The notes under the pieces were generated by a model. That model worked only from the letters and a program-made list of their open reading frames with translations. It was not told the origin of the DNA and made no database searches. DNA of 62,973 nucleotides, filler included, from Octopus bimaculoides (taxonomy: Eukaryota): the NCBI RefSeq assembly GCF_001194135.2. It is 5 parts of 4 records of this genome, joined end to end, with 100 filler letters (N's around TTAATTAATTAA, not from the genome) between each part and the next. Parts side by side here need not be neighbours in the genome. Positions count along the whole stretch, not along the records: positions 1 to 31,717 come from NC_068982.1; positions 31,818 to 43,586 come from NC_068983.1; 3 more parts are not named here. One strand, written 5' to 3'. Positions 28,004 through 41,144 of the stretch are shown here, one piece after another. Position 1 is the first letter of the stretch. Every line of letters begins with the position of its first letter. A program made the position numbers and the translations under genes.

Positions 28004-29755
28004 ATGTCTAATACAAATGTATCAAATACTGGTGTTAATTAGGTTGGAAACAAAGGTGAAAGCATTTCGCCCGGCAAATGCACTGTGGTTGAGAATTGCA
28101 GGCCCGGTCGTCATCCAAAGACGGCTTGTACATAAAGCCAGAGGTAGAGAAGAAGGTGGGATGAGGAGACAAATTGAACGGTAACTGAATGCTGTATCAG
28201 GAGTGAACCCAGTAGAAGGGAATTCCGACAACGAATGAAAGCGAAATGGAATGAGATATGATTCTTCGAAACAAGTGGGCAACGGTTAGTCGACCAGGGA
28301 AGAGCAATAAGAATTAAAGTGTGGTTAACAGATATGGAAATAGAAGATATAAAAAGGAAAGTAGAAAATAGAAATAATACTTCACTAACAGATAACGTAC
28401 CCAGCGAGAACAGTAGAATGAGAGGCGGAAGTGACGATGTAGAGCAAAGTGTAAAAGTAAGGGCATTCTCAGTGAATGAAACATAAGTAATAGGAAGAGC
28501 TATATCACAAGAATACGATGATGATTAAGACATAGTGAGGATGCTATGCCGATATATTAGAGAAGACCAGGATCGAGCACCACCACTGAGATACAGTGAT
28601 CGACGTACGCTCAAAATCGAAACCAAAAAGTTAGATTCGGTTCTTGGGCTATTCCAGACAAGAAATAACTGAAACTAACAAGATTATTTGGGCTGCAGCT
28701 ATAGTTGCTGCAGATAGAGTTGGATAGAAAAGAAAAGAACAAACAGAACGTAAAGAACCATACTGGTGTAGACGAATTTGTGAGAAACAAACAAAGTTAA
28801 AAAGATAATTAGGACTACCTGATAGATTGAGAAGCGTGGAATTGCAGAACGAAAGCATAAGAATAAGATCATATAGAATAAAAGATAAAGGTTATGAAGT
28901 GATATTGGAAGAACTGAAAGAAAGAGTAGTAGCAATCAAAGCAAAACTGGAAAGATACGACAATAGAAAAAGACAGTTCAAGTGAAACTGATTGTTTGAA
29001 GCAAATTAGAAGAAAGTGTTTCAGGAACTGGATGGGCAAATACACGTAGTACCATGGTACCAGATGCAGAGGAAAGCAAAGCATTCTGAAGAGAGATCTG
29101 GGACCAACCAGTAGAACATAATGATGAGGTGGAGTAGTTGCATGAAAGCGAAGATAGTTTAAGAAGTATAGAAGTCCGAGAAGACGTAAAGATAACTACA
29201 GGAATAATAATAAAAATTAGTTAAGATAATTCCCAAATTGGATGACTCCAGGGCCAGATGGGGTCCAAGGTTATTGGCTGAAGAATTTGAGACGGCTCCA
29301 TGAAAGGAGAGCACAACAGCTAGAGGAGTGCTTGCAGGAAGGTGCAGACCCAGTTGGACGACAAAAAGAAAGATATTATGTGCCACAGCTCCTGGAAAGG
29401 GAGATGTAGCATCCAACTTTAGACCAATAAGGTGCCTTCCGCTACTGTAGAAATTATCACAAACGAATGTCCTAGATAAGTTGTGGCGACAAGACCAGGT
29501 AGCGAAAGTGCTCCATTGGAAACTGCGAAAATGGAGGCTGGAGAGAGTCAAGACGTGGTATGAGCTCAAACCGTAGAGAGCGGTGGAGTCGGAGATTAGC
29601 AAAATCCTCTGGGATTTCCTAATCTAAACAGATCAAGTGCTTACGCATAACGGACTGGACCTAGTGATAGTGGAGAATGTGTACCACATGTGCTATATAG
29701 TTGATGTTGCATGCCCCTTGACCCACGAATAGTCAAGAAAGAAGGCGAAAAGATA
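28004..29755 (+). mobile_element. R4/Dong-like LINE with intact N-terminal region and deleted RT core, copy d
   Basis: From ATG 28004, one frame with stops reads RRRWDEE..ECCIRSEP..FRQRM..W..QRLVDQGRAIRIKVWLTDMEIEDIKRKV. Later: PNWMTPGPDGVQGYWLKNL and NFRPIRCLPLL*KL. After a jump at about 29460: QVAKVLHWKL...ILWDFLI*TD...DLVIV...IVDVACP. Confidence 0.85.
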
Positions 29756-29781
29756 GATATATATATATATATATATACAAC

Positions 29782-30425
29782 CAATGTTAATTCTCTAAAT
29801 GAAGTATTAACAGTAACTGCACGATAAAGTGTAGTATATTGCCACTTAAGTGTGGCTGACCACTAGGGGTGGATGTTACTGTTGCTTTTAGCCCCAGGAG
29901 GACATCTCCTCCAGCTGGCTTATCGACACACGACTGTGTCCTGTTTGCCAAGGGTAGTTATCCCTCTCACCAACATCTGCAGCACGAACGGATCCGGATT
30001 TCAGGGTTATTTCCCTTCGTCGGCGTCCGATAGCGGCTGACCNNNNNNNNNNNNNNNNNNNNNNNNNATACTACACTTTATCGTGCAGTTACTGTTAATA
30101 CTTCATTTAGAGAATTAACATTGCTTGTTTTCACCTTTTCGATATCAGTGAAGAATTTCACTTCAAAAGAAGATATAAGATTGCCAGGTTTTTGTCTCTC
30201 TCACCAAGGTCAGCCGCTATCGGACGCCGACGAAGGGAAATAACCCTGAAATCCGGATCCGTTCGTGCTGCAGATGTTGGTGAGAGGGATAACTACCCTT
30301 GGCAAACAGGACACAGTCGTGTGTCGATAAGCCAGCTGGAGGAGATGTCCTCCTGGGGCTAAAAGCAACAGTAACATCCACCCCTAGGGGTCAGCCACAC
30401 TTAAGTGGCAATATACTACACTTTA
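29782..30425. repeat. Near-identical inverted duplication around a gap
   Basis: 29825-30042 equals the reverse complement of 30208-30425 (218 bp, one mismatch seen). 29782-29837 equals the reverse complement of 30068-30123. Confidence 0.9.
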
Positions 30426-30528
30426 TATATACAACCCTTTCCACTAATTCAGAGTAAAAGCCGAGTTCCCTTGTGATGGTGATGGTGGTGATGATGATAA
30501 CAGCGGCGACGACGATAGTGATAAATAC

Positions 30529-30567
30529 AAAGAAGAAGAAGAAGAAGAAGAAGAAGAAGAAGAAGAA

Positions 30568-30606
<39 letters not shown>

Positions 30607-30643
30607 AAAGAAGAAGAAGAAGAAGAAGAAGAAGAAGAAAAAG
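30529..30643. repeat. (AAG)n microsatellite
   Basis: Directly visible; explains the poly-K and poly-F ORFs. Confidence 0.97.
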
Positions 30644-31717
30644 AGCCGATTGCTATATTGCTTTACTGAACAAATATATAGCAAGCATCAACCCAACAAG
30701 TACAATTATCTTGAATACTTTAAATGTAATGAATATTAATAATTGCTTGACAAATTATCACAATACACTCCGAAGATAAATTGCAATGAAAGAATCACGT
30801 AATGTAATACCAAAAATAAAACAGTAAAATAAAATATGGTTATATTAATTCATTCTGAGAGTCTAATAGTCTTTAGAAATATATAAAATATTAAACAATG
30901 AAAATAATGTTAGTTTTACGTCATTTACAAAAGATTTTCGCTTCAGAAATTGTATCTATATTTGTACTTTTATAAGAAACAGAAATATGCTAATCCATTT
31001 TCCTTATATCTGCTTCTATAGCTTTGCAGGTGCAAAAGAATGATGAAGTATGTTTTGAAATGAGTTTGGAATAGTAAGGAAAAGATGTTCCAAGCTTAAA
31101 AGTTCTTTTAAACGAATTAAACCAGAAAATAATATGAAACACCTTCGTTTTATATTATTTCCTATAAGGAGGAAATTTCGAAGATTGAACTGAATGATAT
31201 TTATAAAATATAGACCTTAGTTTAATGCTTCCAAGTATTGAAATTAAATAATCATTACATTGTGATAATCAGCATCGCCTGTAGGAATCATGTGTATATT
31301 TTTTATCTATTGTGCATCCAACCTCACATACACACACAAACACATACACACGCATACAAACACACCCATATGTACTTGTAGTGATTTTCATAAGCATACA
31401 TTAAATACTGTAACAACGCATGAAGTATGTTGGTAAAAACCGACTGAAAATAGTAACATATGACTTCAATATAAAAAGTAGGAGAAAAGTTACAAGAATC
31501 TTATGTAATCTTCCAAGCTTTTCTTATTTTGCGTCAGGCAAATTTTACTTAATAGGAAACTCAAAATTCTGTGGCTACCTGTGATAGGTATTTACAGATA
31601 CTAGCCTATTGCCTTCTTTTTGAGGAGAAAAACATTGTGAACATAAATTCTCAGTCCACGATACACTTACTGATATTAAATTATTGAGATCAACAGCAAT
31701 AAATGTACGTATATATA

Positions 31718-31817
31718 NNNNNNNNNNNNNNNNNNNNNNNNNNNNNNNNNNNNNNNNNNNNTTAATTAATTAANNNNNNNNNNNNNNNNNNNNNNNNNNN
31801 NNNNNNNNNNNNNNNNN
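31718..31817. other. Scaffolding gap linker N44-TTAATTAATTAA-N44
   Basis: Exactly 44 N on each side. The 12-mer has stop codons in all six frames. Confidence 0.95.
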
Positions 31818-32137
31818 GCTTTTATATGGTTTTTATGTTTAACTTTCTAAAAGAAGTAACATCTAAATGGTCATACAGAAATTTAACTTTCTAATAAAAT
31901 AAAATTGAAGAAGTGAATTTGATGGGTCACTAAATACTTCAGAGTAACACAGCCGACCACACTTATGATAGTAGTTTTAAATCCTAAAGCTGCACCATAT
32001 GAGATTTATCATTCTAGGATCAGCAAATATGTACCTGTATCATGCTGGATTCAAATGAATTAACATTACTCTTCTTTGTTTACAAAGAATGTTATAATAA
32101 ATACTAATAGAAAAGATACTGTAAGAGTAAACATAGT

Positions 32138-32211
32138 TGTAGCATTAGTGCCCTCGTTGTACCTTAGTTTTAACTGTAGCATTAGGGTCCGCGTTGTACC
32201 TTAGTTTTAAC
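32138..32211. repeat. 37-bp tandem duplication
   Basis: TGTAGCATTAGTGCCCTCGTTGTACCTTAGTTTTAAC followed by TGTAGCATTAGGGTCCGCGTTGTACCTTAGTTTTAAC. Confidence 0.9.
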
Positions 32212-33592
32212 TCCTGAGTATGCGAAGAGTATAATCTTCTCAGCACCTAATCATCTTTCTTAGGTTGCATGCGTTTTCTTTTTAGAAAAGATAAGGGAGG
32301 AAATGTTTTGTTTCTACTCTTTAAATGGATAAAACTTGTAGTTACTGTTATAATTATTGGCAATTACGATGTCATTATAAACTGATGCAATTATAAGCAA
32401 TTTACGTCTAAAGCTAGATATATGTAATTTCCATGATTTATTGGATCTTTCGTACTCTACTTAAGGACTTGAATTTTCATGGAGCGTATTTAAGGCATCT
32501 CCATCTTATGAAATGTACATGAAATGTAAATATAAAAGAATTTCAACTGTACACCCTAAATGAGAAATCTTCCCCACCTTTAGTTATGTCAATGAGTAAA
32601 TGTAAAATGAAACTTGCCACTAAAGTCTAATTAAACATTTGTCTCTTACATAAGAATCCTCAAAATTACATCAGTGACAAATACTATACATGGAACATAT
32701 TTACAACTAAGCAGAATGGGTTTTTGTAAGAGTTAAGTCCCTTAGCTTTGATAACAGCATAAAGTCTACGAAGGGATACAAATCTAATGTTACTGATTCA
32801 ACTACCAGCCACTAAGACAAAATGTGAAAAATTGTGTATTTTACTGCTAAAATGTATATTGGGTGGTATCAATGTAAAATGTTTACTCAATAATGACTAA
32901 GTACAATAATCATAGAACACAGACTTTCTTTTCTTACACTACAAATTGATTGTTGAATCTTTGTTTTTTATGTGCCATATTCCAAAATATAAACTGTTAT
33001 TTGGACTGGATTTGACATCAGTGCCTTAAATTCAAATATAAGATTTCAGTCCTCTAACCGACTTCGCTATAATTCTGACACAACATTTATTAATCTCTAT
33101 ACTTAGACTAAATACTTGTATAAACATGTTGGAGCTTTAACTCATGCAGTAGTTGTTGTACACATATCTATACATACAAGATATGTAGGCTAATATATTC
33201 ATCTCCAGAAATGAGGCCGGTATTTTGCAAAAGTAAACCGTATGATTCACAATTTACAAAAATACATATTTTTAAAATTAATCATTAGCGACGGAAGCAG
33301 TATTATTACCAAAAAGTAAACTTTTTTCTGTCCAACTTAATGTGGACATCTTGTATAGAACACTGAATCTTGCGTAATTAGCCTTGTGAGATCCTCTAAA
33401 TAATCGTATACTACATAAAACACAAGCATATGTCGTAGCAGACAAGGATCGTTTGTTATGGGTACTGAGTTATTTCAGTCTACTAGGCCCCATCAGTAGG
33501 AGCAGTCCGGTAAACACATGTCAGCCAAATCTCGCTACCACGATATATAGAATATCAGCATTTTTTTAGATACGGATGTCGCAAATAGCCAG

Positions 33593-33643
<51 letters not shown>

Positions 33644-34148
33644 TAAATGATAGGGTTGCTTCAATATTTCAGGGGTAGTCTGAAGTATCTAAGCAACCAG
33701 GGGATAGTTAAATCCGAAGGCACTCCTGGTAATTACTTGTGTGGGTACCGTCTACGTTAGAAGGTATCCAGAGGCAGGTAATTTTTTGTTTAAACCGCAG
33801 TTTATAATCATAATTATGTGGAGAATGGAGGAACAAACACAAGAAGAAGCAAGTCAATTGGGCTAGTTAGCCATTGATTTAATTATGTGGAGATTATATA
33901 ATGAGTCATTTACGATCGTTTCGATGTGCCAAATGGTTTGGCAGATCTCTTCAGAATGTTGAGAAGTATGTTAAAGTATATATATAAATATATATGTATG
34001 TATGTATATATATGTATATATATGCATGTATATATATATATANNNNNNNNNNNNNNNNNNNNNNNNNNNNNNNNNNNNNNNNNNNNNNNNNNNNNNNNNN
34101 NNNNNNNNNNNNNNNNNNNNNNNNNNNNNNNNNNNNNNNNNNTGTGCG

Positions 34149-34179
<31 letters not shown>

Positions 34180-34559
34180 TTATATGTTTGTATGTATGTA
34201 TACATATATGTGTGTGTGTTTATATGGTTGTATGATGTGTACATATAGATGTGTGAGTGTGTGTGTATGTGTGTGTGNNNNNNNNNNATTGAAAGAAGCG
34301 GCTTCGAACCTTCATGTTATTTAGCACCAGGCAACGTTAAGAAGGTCACGGTCGTGGTTTCAAATCTTAGACCGGCGTTGTGGTGCGTTGTATTCTTGAG
34401 TAAAATACTTCATTCCATGTAGCTGATGTTTAGTACACCGTGAACCTGTCCAGGCAACGTCGATTTGATGGAAGGGGTCAGCTAATGTACAGCACATACA
34501 TTTGATCGCTATAAACAAATCATTTGTGCAGGTCGTTCGGCAAAAGCTGAACCCTCATA

Positions 34560-34710
34560 CATCGTCTTCGATAAGAGAGTCAGTTTCCCTCTACTAAATC
34601 CACTCACAAGGCTATGCACGGCCCTAGACTGTAGCAGAAGCCACTTTCCCAAGAAGCCATGCAGTGGGATTGAACCCGGAACCATGTGGTTGGTAAGCAA
34701 ACTTCTTACA
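34560..34710 (-). mobile_element. tRNA-derived SINE family B
   Basis: Reverse complement GTAAGAAGTTTGCTTACCAACCACATGGTTCCGGGTTCAATCCCACTGC (B-box GGTTCAATCCC)...CCTTGTGAGTGGATTTAGTAGA; homologous to 61131-61295. Confidence 0.8.
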
Positions 34711-34933
34711 AGAATTGCTCATCATATTCCTTGTGAAGATTCTGACAAATTTGATTCTTGGTTAAGTCATTGTCAAATTCTTTACTTAATTTCGAGATAT
34801 AAATTCACGCAATGACGTTAAGCTGAATAAATGAGAATAATACATATAACCCTAGGCTGGACAACTATAGGCACTACATATCAGTCAATTGGTATCGTTG
34901 CGACAAGACTGACCAATAACACAGTATCAGATA

Positions 34934-34972
<39 letters not shown>

Positions 34973-35728
34973 TTATATGTTTGTATGTATGTATACATAT
35001 ATGTGTGTGTGTTTATATGGTTGTATGATGTGTACATATAGATGTGTGAGTGTGTGTGTATGTGTGTGTGTATGTGTGTGTGTGCGTGTGTGTGTGTGTG
35101 TTTCCATCCAAGATGGGGACGAGCACCAACGTCTCATGTGGCAGGCTTGATAATTGCTGAGTACGCATTATGCTTATACTGGAAACCTCGAGAATGTGCA
35201 GAAAAAGGTTAAATGACATCGAAGATAGCCAAGAACACAACTTCCTGCAAGTTTATTATGCGTCCGTGCAAAGCAGTTTGTATGACATATGTTCTGTCAA
35301 ATTTTCTTGAAGAGTTACCACATGTGCTTGTTTTTAAGAAAGTTGACTTGGGAAACAATTTAATTTAGTTCGTTTGAGAAACGTTAAGTGTGAAAATTGT
35401 GGCTACAAAATACTGTCCATTGCTGTGACGATGGTACAAATTATCTGCTGGTAATAGGCCATCTACCACCAGCAAAATAACAATACTGCCTTACGACAGG
35501 CTGATCTGTAGCATTCGTAATTTTTAGCTGGTTCCAAAAGACAGACTGTTGCTGTAGCCCTAGTGCTGGGTGCGAATGGCTCTGTCACTGTTGCAAAAAA
35601 GATGATTATTTCTACAGCACATGTCCTAGTTAGCTAGCAGCAAAAAGACAGCCGTCATTGTATTTATGGTCAACTGTCTGTATCACTACAACTGCCACAA
35701 TCACCACCACTGCCGCCGCCATCACTGA

Positions 35729-35918
35729 TTTTAAATTTTGGTGTAAGGCCAGCAATTTCCATGGAAGCAGTAAGTCTATTGCATCAACCCCAGTGCTTGA
35801 CTGGTACTTATTTTATCGACTTCGAAAGGATGGACAGCAAAGTCAGCCTCGGCGGAATTTGAACTCAGAACATGAAGACAGACGAAATACCGCTGAGCAT
35901 TCTTCCGGTCACCGCCCT
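35729..35918 (-). mobile_element. SINE family A
   Basis: Reverse complement has TGAGTTCAAATTCCGCCGAGG and GTCGATAAAATAAGTACCAG. Confidence 0.85.
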
Positions 35919-36938
35919 CCTACACTATAAAATATAATGACTTGATAAGCCTGTCAATATAAACTTAGCGTTAAACGCTAGTTGATTGTTAGGCAGCGAT
36001 TTCTGCCGTTGCCACGAGCCGCTGCCTTTCTCATCAGATATCATTGGATGATATGGTAGGCACCAGTTTATATTAGTAGCACGTCAGTACTATAAAGCAG
36101 CACTTTCTATGTAATTTACACCCTCGAATGAGTTCGTGGGTATGCATAAGTAGTTTTCTCTTTATCGTGAGTACGGTATAGTCCTCTCTTTGTTATGGAA
36201 AGTTTGCCACACTCTTTAAAATTGCGATTTCTGACCATAATCAACTGTTCAGAGAAGAATGGATCCTGTTATTTTGAGTTGTTCGGACTACATTACATAA
36301 AAACAAAATCGTCGATAGTAACCCAATGACTAATTCTATGTACTATTGAAGTTAATTCAGCCGTTCTAACATCAATGTGGGTTTTACATCTCGACACAAA
36401 TATAAAACCAGTTGCACAAATGTTCTCATAGATGGGTGGGATTTGGAATAATAGCAAGTTGAATTAATTTCTTTTGCACATTGTTGTTACAAAAAAAAAA
36501 TTAATATCCGTAGTGAATTAATATAAAACTGCAGCAAAAAGTTTTTTTTATAATCTGAATTTCTCTTATAAGTTAGAAATTCCTTCACGACAAAAGACAG
36601 CGGAACTGCAACTGAACGTATTAATCAACTTCCGTTTATTCAGCTCATAACATTTCACTAGACTATATTTCACACATATATAGGTAAATACCTGTGACAC
36701 ACATGTGGCTAAAATTCATGTGAAATACGTGCCTAATTCCAATGAATACAAAGACAAAATTTTCTGAACGAACTACAATACACACGGCTTGCAATGACAT
36801 TTCTCTGCCCAAATGTATGTATGAAATTAATAAGTGCATTGCGAATAACGCTCTTGATTTTAAGGATCAGATACTTATTTTTATTGAAAGTCAGTATTTC
36901 AATACGTCAGGACCCTACTAGGCTGAAGCTGAAAATTT

Positions 36939-36980
<42 letters not shown>

Positions 36981-37239
36981 NNNNNNNNNNGTGTGTGTGT
37001 GTGTGTTTATTTGTTTAATTAACGATGTAACACAATTCTTTCGTGATATATTTTCAATATAAAGAGAGGAAAGTTGTTTGTTAGTTTTTATTCAGATAAA
37101 TGAATAATCAACAAGGAGACACCACAAACATTGTATGCAACTTTAATTTAAGTCTGTAATTTCTCTGTCAAACATTAGGAATTGCGGTTTCTTTTCCTTA
37201 CATTCCTGTATAGGAAATAAATTGCTCTGATAAGAAATA

Positions 37240-38521
37240 TTAGGTCGTCAAGTATGAAATTTGTAGTAAGGTATATCGTAAGCTTTGACAGCTGCTCATT
37301 TTGCGCCATTGTTATATTTTAACACTCTTTATTTTTCGTTAGAAAGCTGACACATCTATTTCTTTATTCTAATTCATTTTACGCTTTATAAAGTATTTAT
37401 AAATTGTTTTTTGCTATTTTTGTTTAGAGATGGATAAGTCGGAAATTCGTACAGTTTTGAAATATGAGTTCTTTCTTGGAAATACAACATCACAGACAGC
37501 TCGGAATATTAATGGAGTATTTCATTCTAATGTTATTACACAGCAGACAGTATCAAATTGGTTTACAAAATTTCGTTCTGGTAACTTTGACCTCACAAAT
37601 GAGCAACGCGGTCAACCAGAAACAATGGTGGATAATGACGAACTAAAAGCCAGTCGAGTCAGATCCATGTGAAAGTGCTCGTGAATTATCGCTATTGTTT
37701 GGTGTTAGTAAGCAAATGATATTGACTCACCTAGTTCAAATCGGTAAAGTGAAAAAGTTAGATGAGAAGGTTCCACATAAACTTAATGAAAATCAGAAAC
37801 AGTAACGTTTGGAAGCCTGCATTATGCTACGTTCTCGTCACAAAAATGAATCACTTTTGAATCAAATTGTAACATGTTATGAGAAACGGATCCAATACAA
37901 CAACCGTAAATGTTCAGCGCAATGGTTGGACAATGACGAGCCACCAAAACAGTCTAAAAAGCAAAATTCCTCAAAGGAAGCTGATGGTGTGTGTTTGGTG
38001 GTCTGGTGCAGGTGCGATCCATTATGATTTCATAAAATCTGGCGCATCAATCATAGCCGAAGTATACAGCAGCCAACTGTACTAAATGATGCAGAAACTT
38101 ACAAAAAACAGCCTAGATGAGTCAATAGGTTCACTCCTATTTTATTACAAGACAACGCCAGCCCACACATCACAAAAATGGCATTGGTGAAATTACAGGA
38201 GTTGGAGTTGGAAATTCTCCATCATCCAGTATACTCACCTGGTCTTGCCCCCACTGATGACCACTTCTTCCCGAATTTGGATAACTTTTTGATAGGAAAA
38301 AATGTAATTCCGACGATGCTGTAAAACAGGCCTTCCAAAGTTTTATTGACTGTAGATTGCCAGGCTTTTCCAGTTCTGGACTGGACAAGCTACCACTGAA
38401 ATGGCAAAAGAGATATTGCCCATATGGGTGCATACTTTGATGAATAAAACTACTCTTTGTATTTACAAAACATTAGCAAACTTTTTTTTCTTTTCTACAA
38501 ATTTCATACTTGACGACCTAA
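37240..38521 (+). mobile_element. Full-length (1282 bp) mariner DNA transposon, D,D34D type
   Basis: Perfect 27-bp TIRs TTAGGTCGTCAAGTATGAAATTTGTAG (37240-37266; reverse complement at 38495-38521), with TA on both flanks (37238-37239 and 38522-38523). Confidence 0.97.
37430..38447 (+). pseudogene. Inactivated mariner transposase
   Basis: HTH region MDKSEIRTVLKYEF...TVSNWFTKFRSGNFDL, then VPHKL, IVTCYEKR (first catalytic D changed to Y), LLQDNASPH and YSPGLAPTD, with 34 residues between the second and third D. Several stops and frameshifts. Confidence 0.95.
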
Positions 38522-38662
38522 TAGTTATGTCGTTTTAATATCAAGCTACATACTGATCCATTTGGAGATAAACTGTAAATTCAACTTTAGCTAATTATGA
38601 AAAGTACAACAATACCAAGGCGAGTGAAGTCAAATATATAATTGAATTGTATTATGCTTTTA

Positions 38663-38873
38663 GATAAAATGGTTAGTGGATTGGTAGAATCGTTAACGTG
38701 TCAGATAAAAATGCCATATGTTATTTCTTCCGGGTTCAAAAGCCACCGAGATCAACTTTGCTGTTCATCCTTTTCAGAGTCGATAAAAGCAAGAGTCAAA
38801 ATTACTTTAGTCGTTGGTATCGACTATCTCTTCCTTTGAAAGTTGCTGACCTTTGTCTAAATTAGAAACGATT
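38663..38873 (+). mobile_element. SINE family A, diverged
   Basis: TGGTAGAATCGTTAAC, GGGTTCAAAAGCC, CTTTGCTGTTCATCCTTTTCAGAGTCGATAAAA. Confidence 0.7.
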
Positions 38874-39372
38874 ATGTATCAAGATAAAATGGCTTTTGAA
38901 ATTTCATGTATTGAAATGTGTCTATTTATTTCGTAGCAATCAGTCTCCTTGTGAACTGCATATTGTTTATCATTCTTAGTCGTATTGCTTGAATCTTGAT
39001 ATTGCAGCTAACGAAATAGATATGTTCGTATGTTAAATATGAAATAATTCAAAAATATTTGTGAAAAATGCTCCCTCTGGTAAAGAAAGAGAAGTGTCTT
39101 GTTTTTGTTTCGATTCTTGTTTGTAGGAATTGTATAACCCAAAGACTCATAAGGAAAATATAACTATCATGCAGTCATATTTAACAATTAATATATTGAA
39201 TTATGATCCACATTGACCATAGCACATTGGATTGTTGGACACATCATTGAAGACTTCTTTTATGCTTAGTTACCTAGTTTAATGAATTATTATTATGATA
39301 ATCTAAACCATTTCGATTATTCACTTAGTTTTTGTATATTTGTGTGTCTCGCTCTGTTAAAGTGCCGCATAT

Positions 39373-39417
<45 letters not shown>

Positions 39418-39706
39418 ATACCCCGTGTGTGAATTCACAAATTTCATTTCCAACTACCGAGGTTCCGTATTATATTACTTATCTAAAGTATATCCTCTTT
39501 CAAAGCAAGCTGATAAGCTGTACTTCAAGATATATCTTTTGGAGGATTTGAGTCCAATAATGAGTGAACTATTAAACCACTCGTCAATTAAGAACTTGCT
39601 GTCTAGAGTCCAAAAACATCCCCTTCTATTTTGGCACTATAACAGGTACAAACATTGTCATTTGTCAATCAAAAAGTATATTTTTTGTTTCAACTAAATA
39701 AATTCA

Positions 39707-40812
39707 TTATAGATTATCAATTCTTTCTGGTTCTAGATTGTAATCAAAAAGTCTGAAATCTAAATAGTACATTTTTTTAATTTTTTTGAGAATCTCAAAC
39801 GTTATGTTTTGGTAAGCTTTTACGAAATACATTTTCCGTTGATCTTCCCATTCTTTTCGACTTGTTAACGGATTATTGTTATATATCTTGATATATACAG
39901 ATATAATAGATTCAGGATCTGAAATTCTCGCATCTGAAAAATCTTCAACATTGAAGACAGCTTCTCTATGAATATAACCTTGAATTTGGAAAGCCGAAAA
40001 TAACTTCGAAAATAAAATTCTCTCCTTGTAGCAAACTTTGGGCGACTTGTTTCTAAAATGTAGAATTGAAGTCGCAGCTAGATCTCGGATGGCATGAATG
40101 GTATAGTCTTTGTGGGAGAGATTATTATATTTTAAAATATTATCTCTTTTTATACCGATTTGTCGAATGAAATTGTCTCTATCTTTTGCAAAAGATTCTA
40201 GCTTTATAATGAAATTATACTTTATACCACAAGGATTGCATATCACAGTGATCGGATTCCAGTGTCGGTTGGAATTATCATTGCGTTTGGCGGTTACAAA
40301 TTGGAGAAATTCATGGAATTGAACATCGTTACCACATTTTAGAGAATATGAGCTCGCTCTGTCTCTATAATCTTTTATTATAAGTCGTCCATATCTTTGC
40401 CAGTTCTCAGACAGAAATATTTTATCAACATATGCAGAAAAGAGGCGAGTGAAAGGGTTTCGTGTGACAATAAGTTTATTTTTTATGTTATTAAATCCCG
40501 AAGTCTGTGAAACATTCGCCAGGTGCATGCGATGTACTTTAAAACGAATTCGATCAAAAGCATTTATTCTGCTTGTTGTGTCTCCCAGAGCACTGAAAAA
40601 TCGCATCCAATATGAGGAAGCTACTTTAGGAACTTTGCAATAACTCAAATTCAATGGGTGATACATAATCAAGGGGCGTATATATTTTACATCCTCGAAA
40701 TAATATTTCTTGCATGTTTCTTCCAATAATTTATTTCTTTGTTGAAATTCCGAACCAAATAAAATCTCTGAATTCGACAGAATCATCATATCCCAACGGA
40801 CAAGAATGTTAC
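39707..40812 (-). CDS. Terminal coding exon of a carbohydrate sulfotransferase (Sulfotransfer_2; CHST8/9/10/11-like)
   Basis: Uninterrupted frame of about 368 codons with 5'-PSB YCKVPKVASSYW, 3'-PB RNPFTRLFSAYVDK, HWNP..ICNPC.IKYNFIIKLE and C-terminal YYLDFRLFDY. The ORF-track start is a TTG inside a pyrimidine tract ending TTTTTCAG|G at 40813/40812 (phase-1 acceptor). Stop TAA at 39709-39707. No N-terminal membrane anchor in this exon. Exact orthologue not assignable by eye. Confidence 0.93.
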
Positions 40813-41110
40813 CTGAAAAATCAAACAATTTGTATTTTAGTAATTATTAACTAGATTCCATTGCAATTAAATCATTTAAATTCGAGTTCTAATTTAGAAA
40901 CGAATTCCTCAATTCTAATTACTTATTCTTCTACAGCAGTCACGTAAATTAATAATGATATTGACAGAACAATTACAAGAGTAATTTTATAAAAGTACTT
41001 CTGAAAATGCTTACATAAATGCCTTCGCTTTGAATGGTAGAATTGAAATTATTACATAGTGCAGTAACAACAATGATTTATTTACAGAAAATTCATACAC
41101 ACACACATAT

Positions 41111-41144
<34 letters not shown>

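Noticed and set aside
34143-34277. Exact duplicate of about 34936-35068
   Set aside because: Bounded by gaps on both sides and made of low-complexity sequence; most likely a redundantly placed mini-contig.
35990-36060. Minus-strand hairpin-CTGATGA-hairpin as a hammerhead
   Set aside because: Stem I (ATATCA/TGATAT) fits, but there is no NUH site, no GAAA after the second stem and no stem III.
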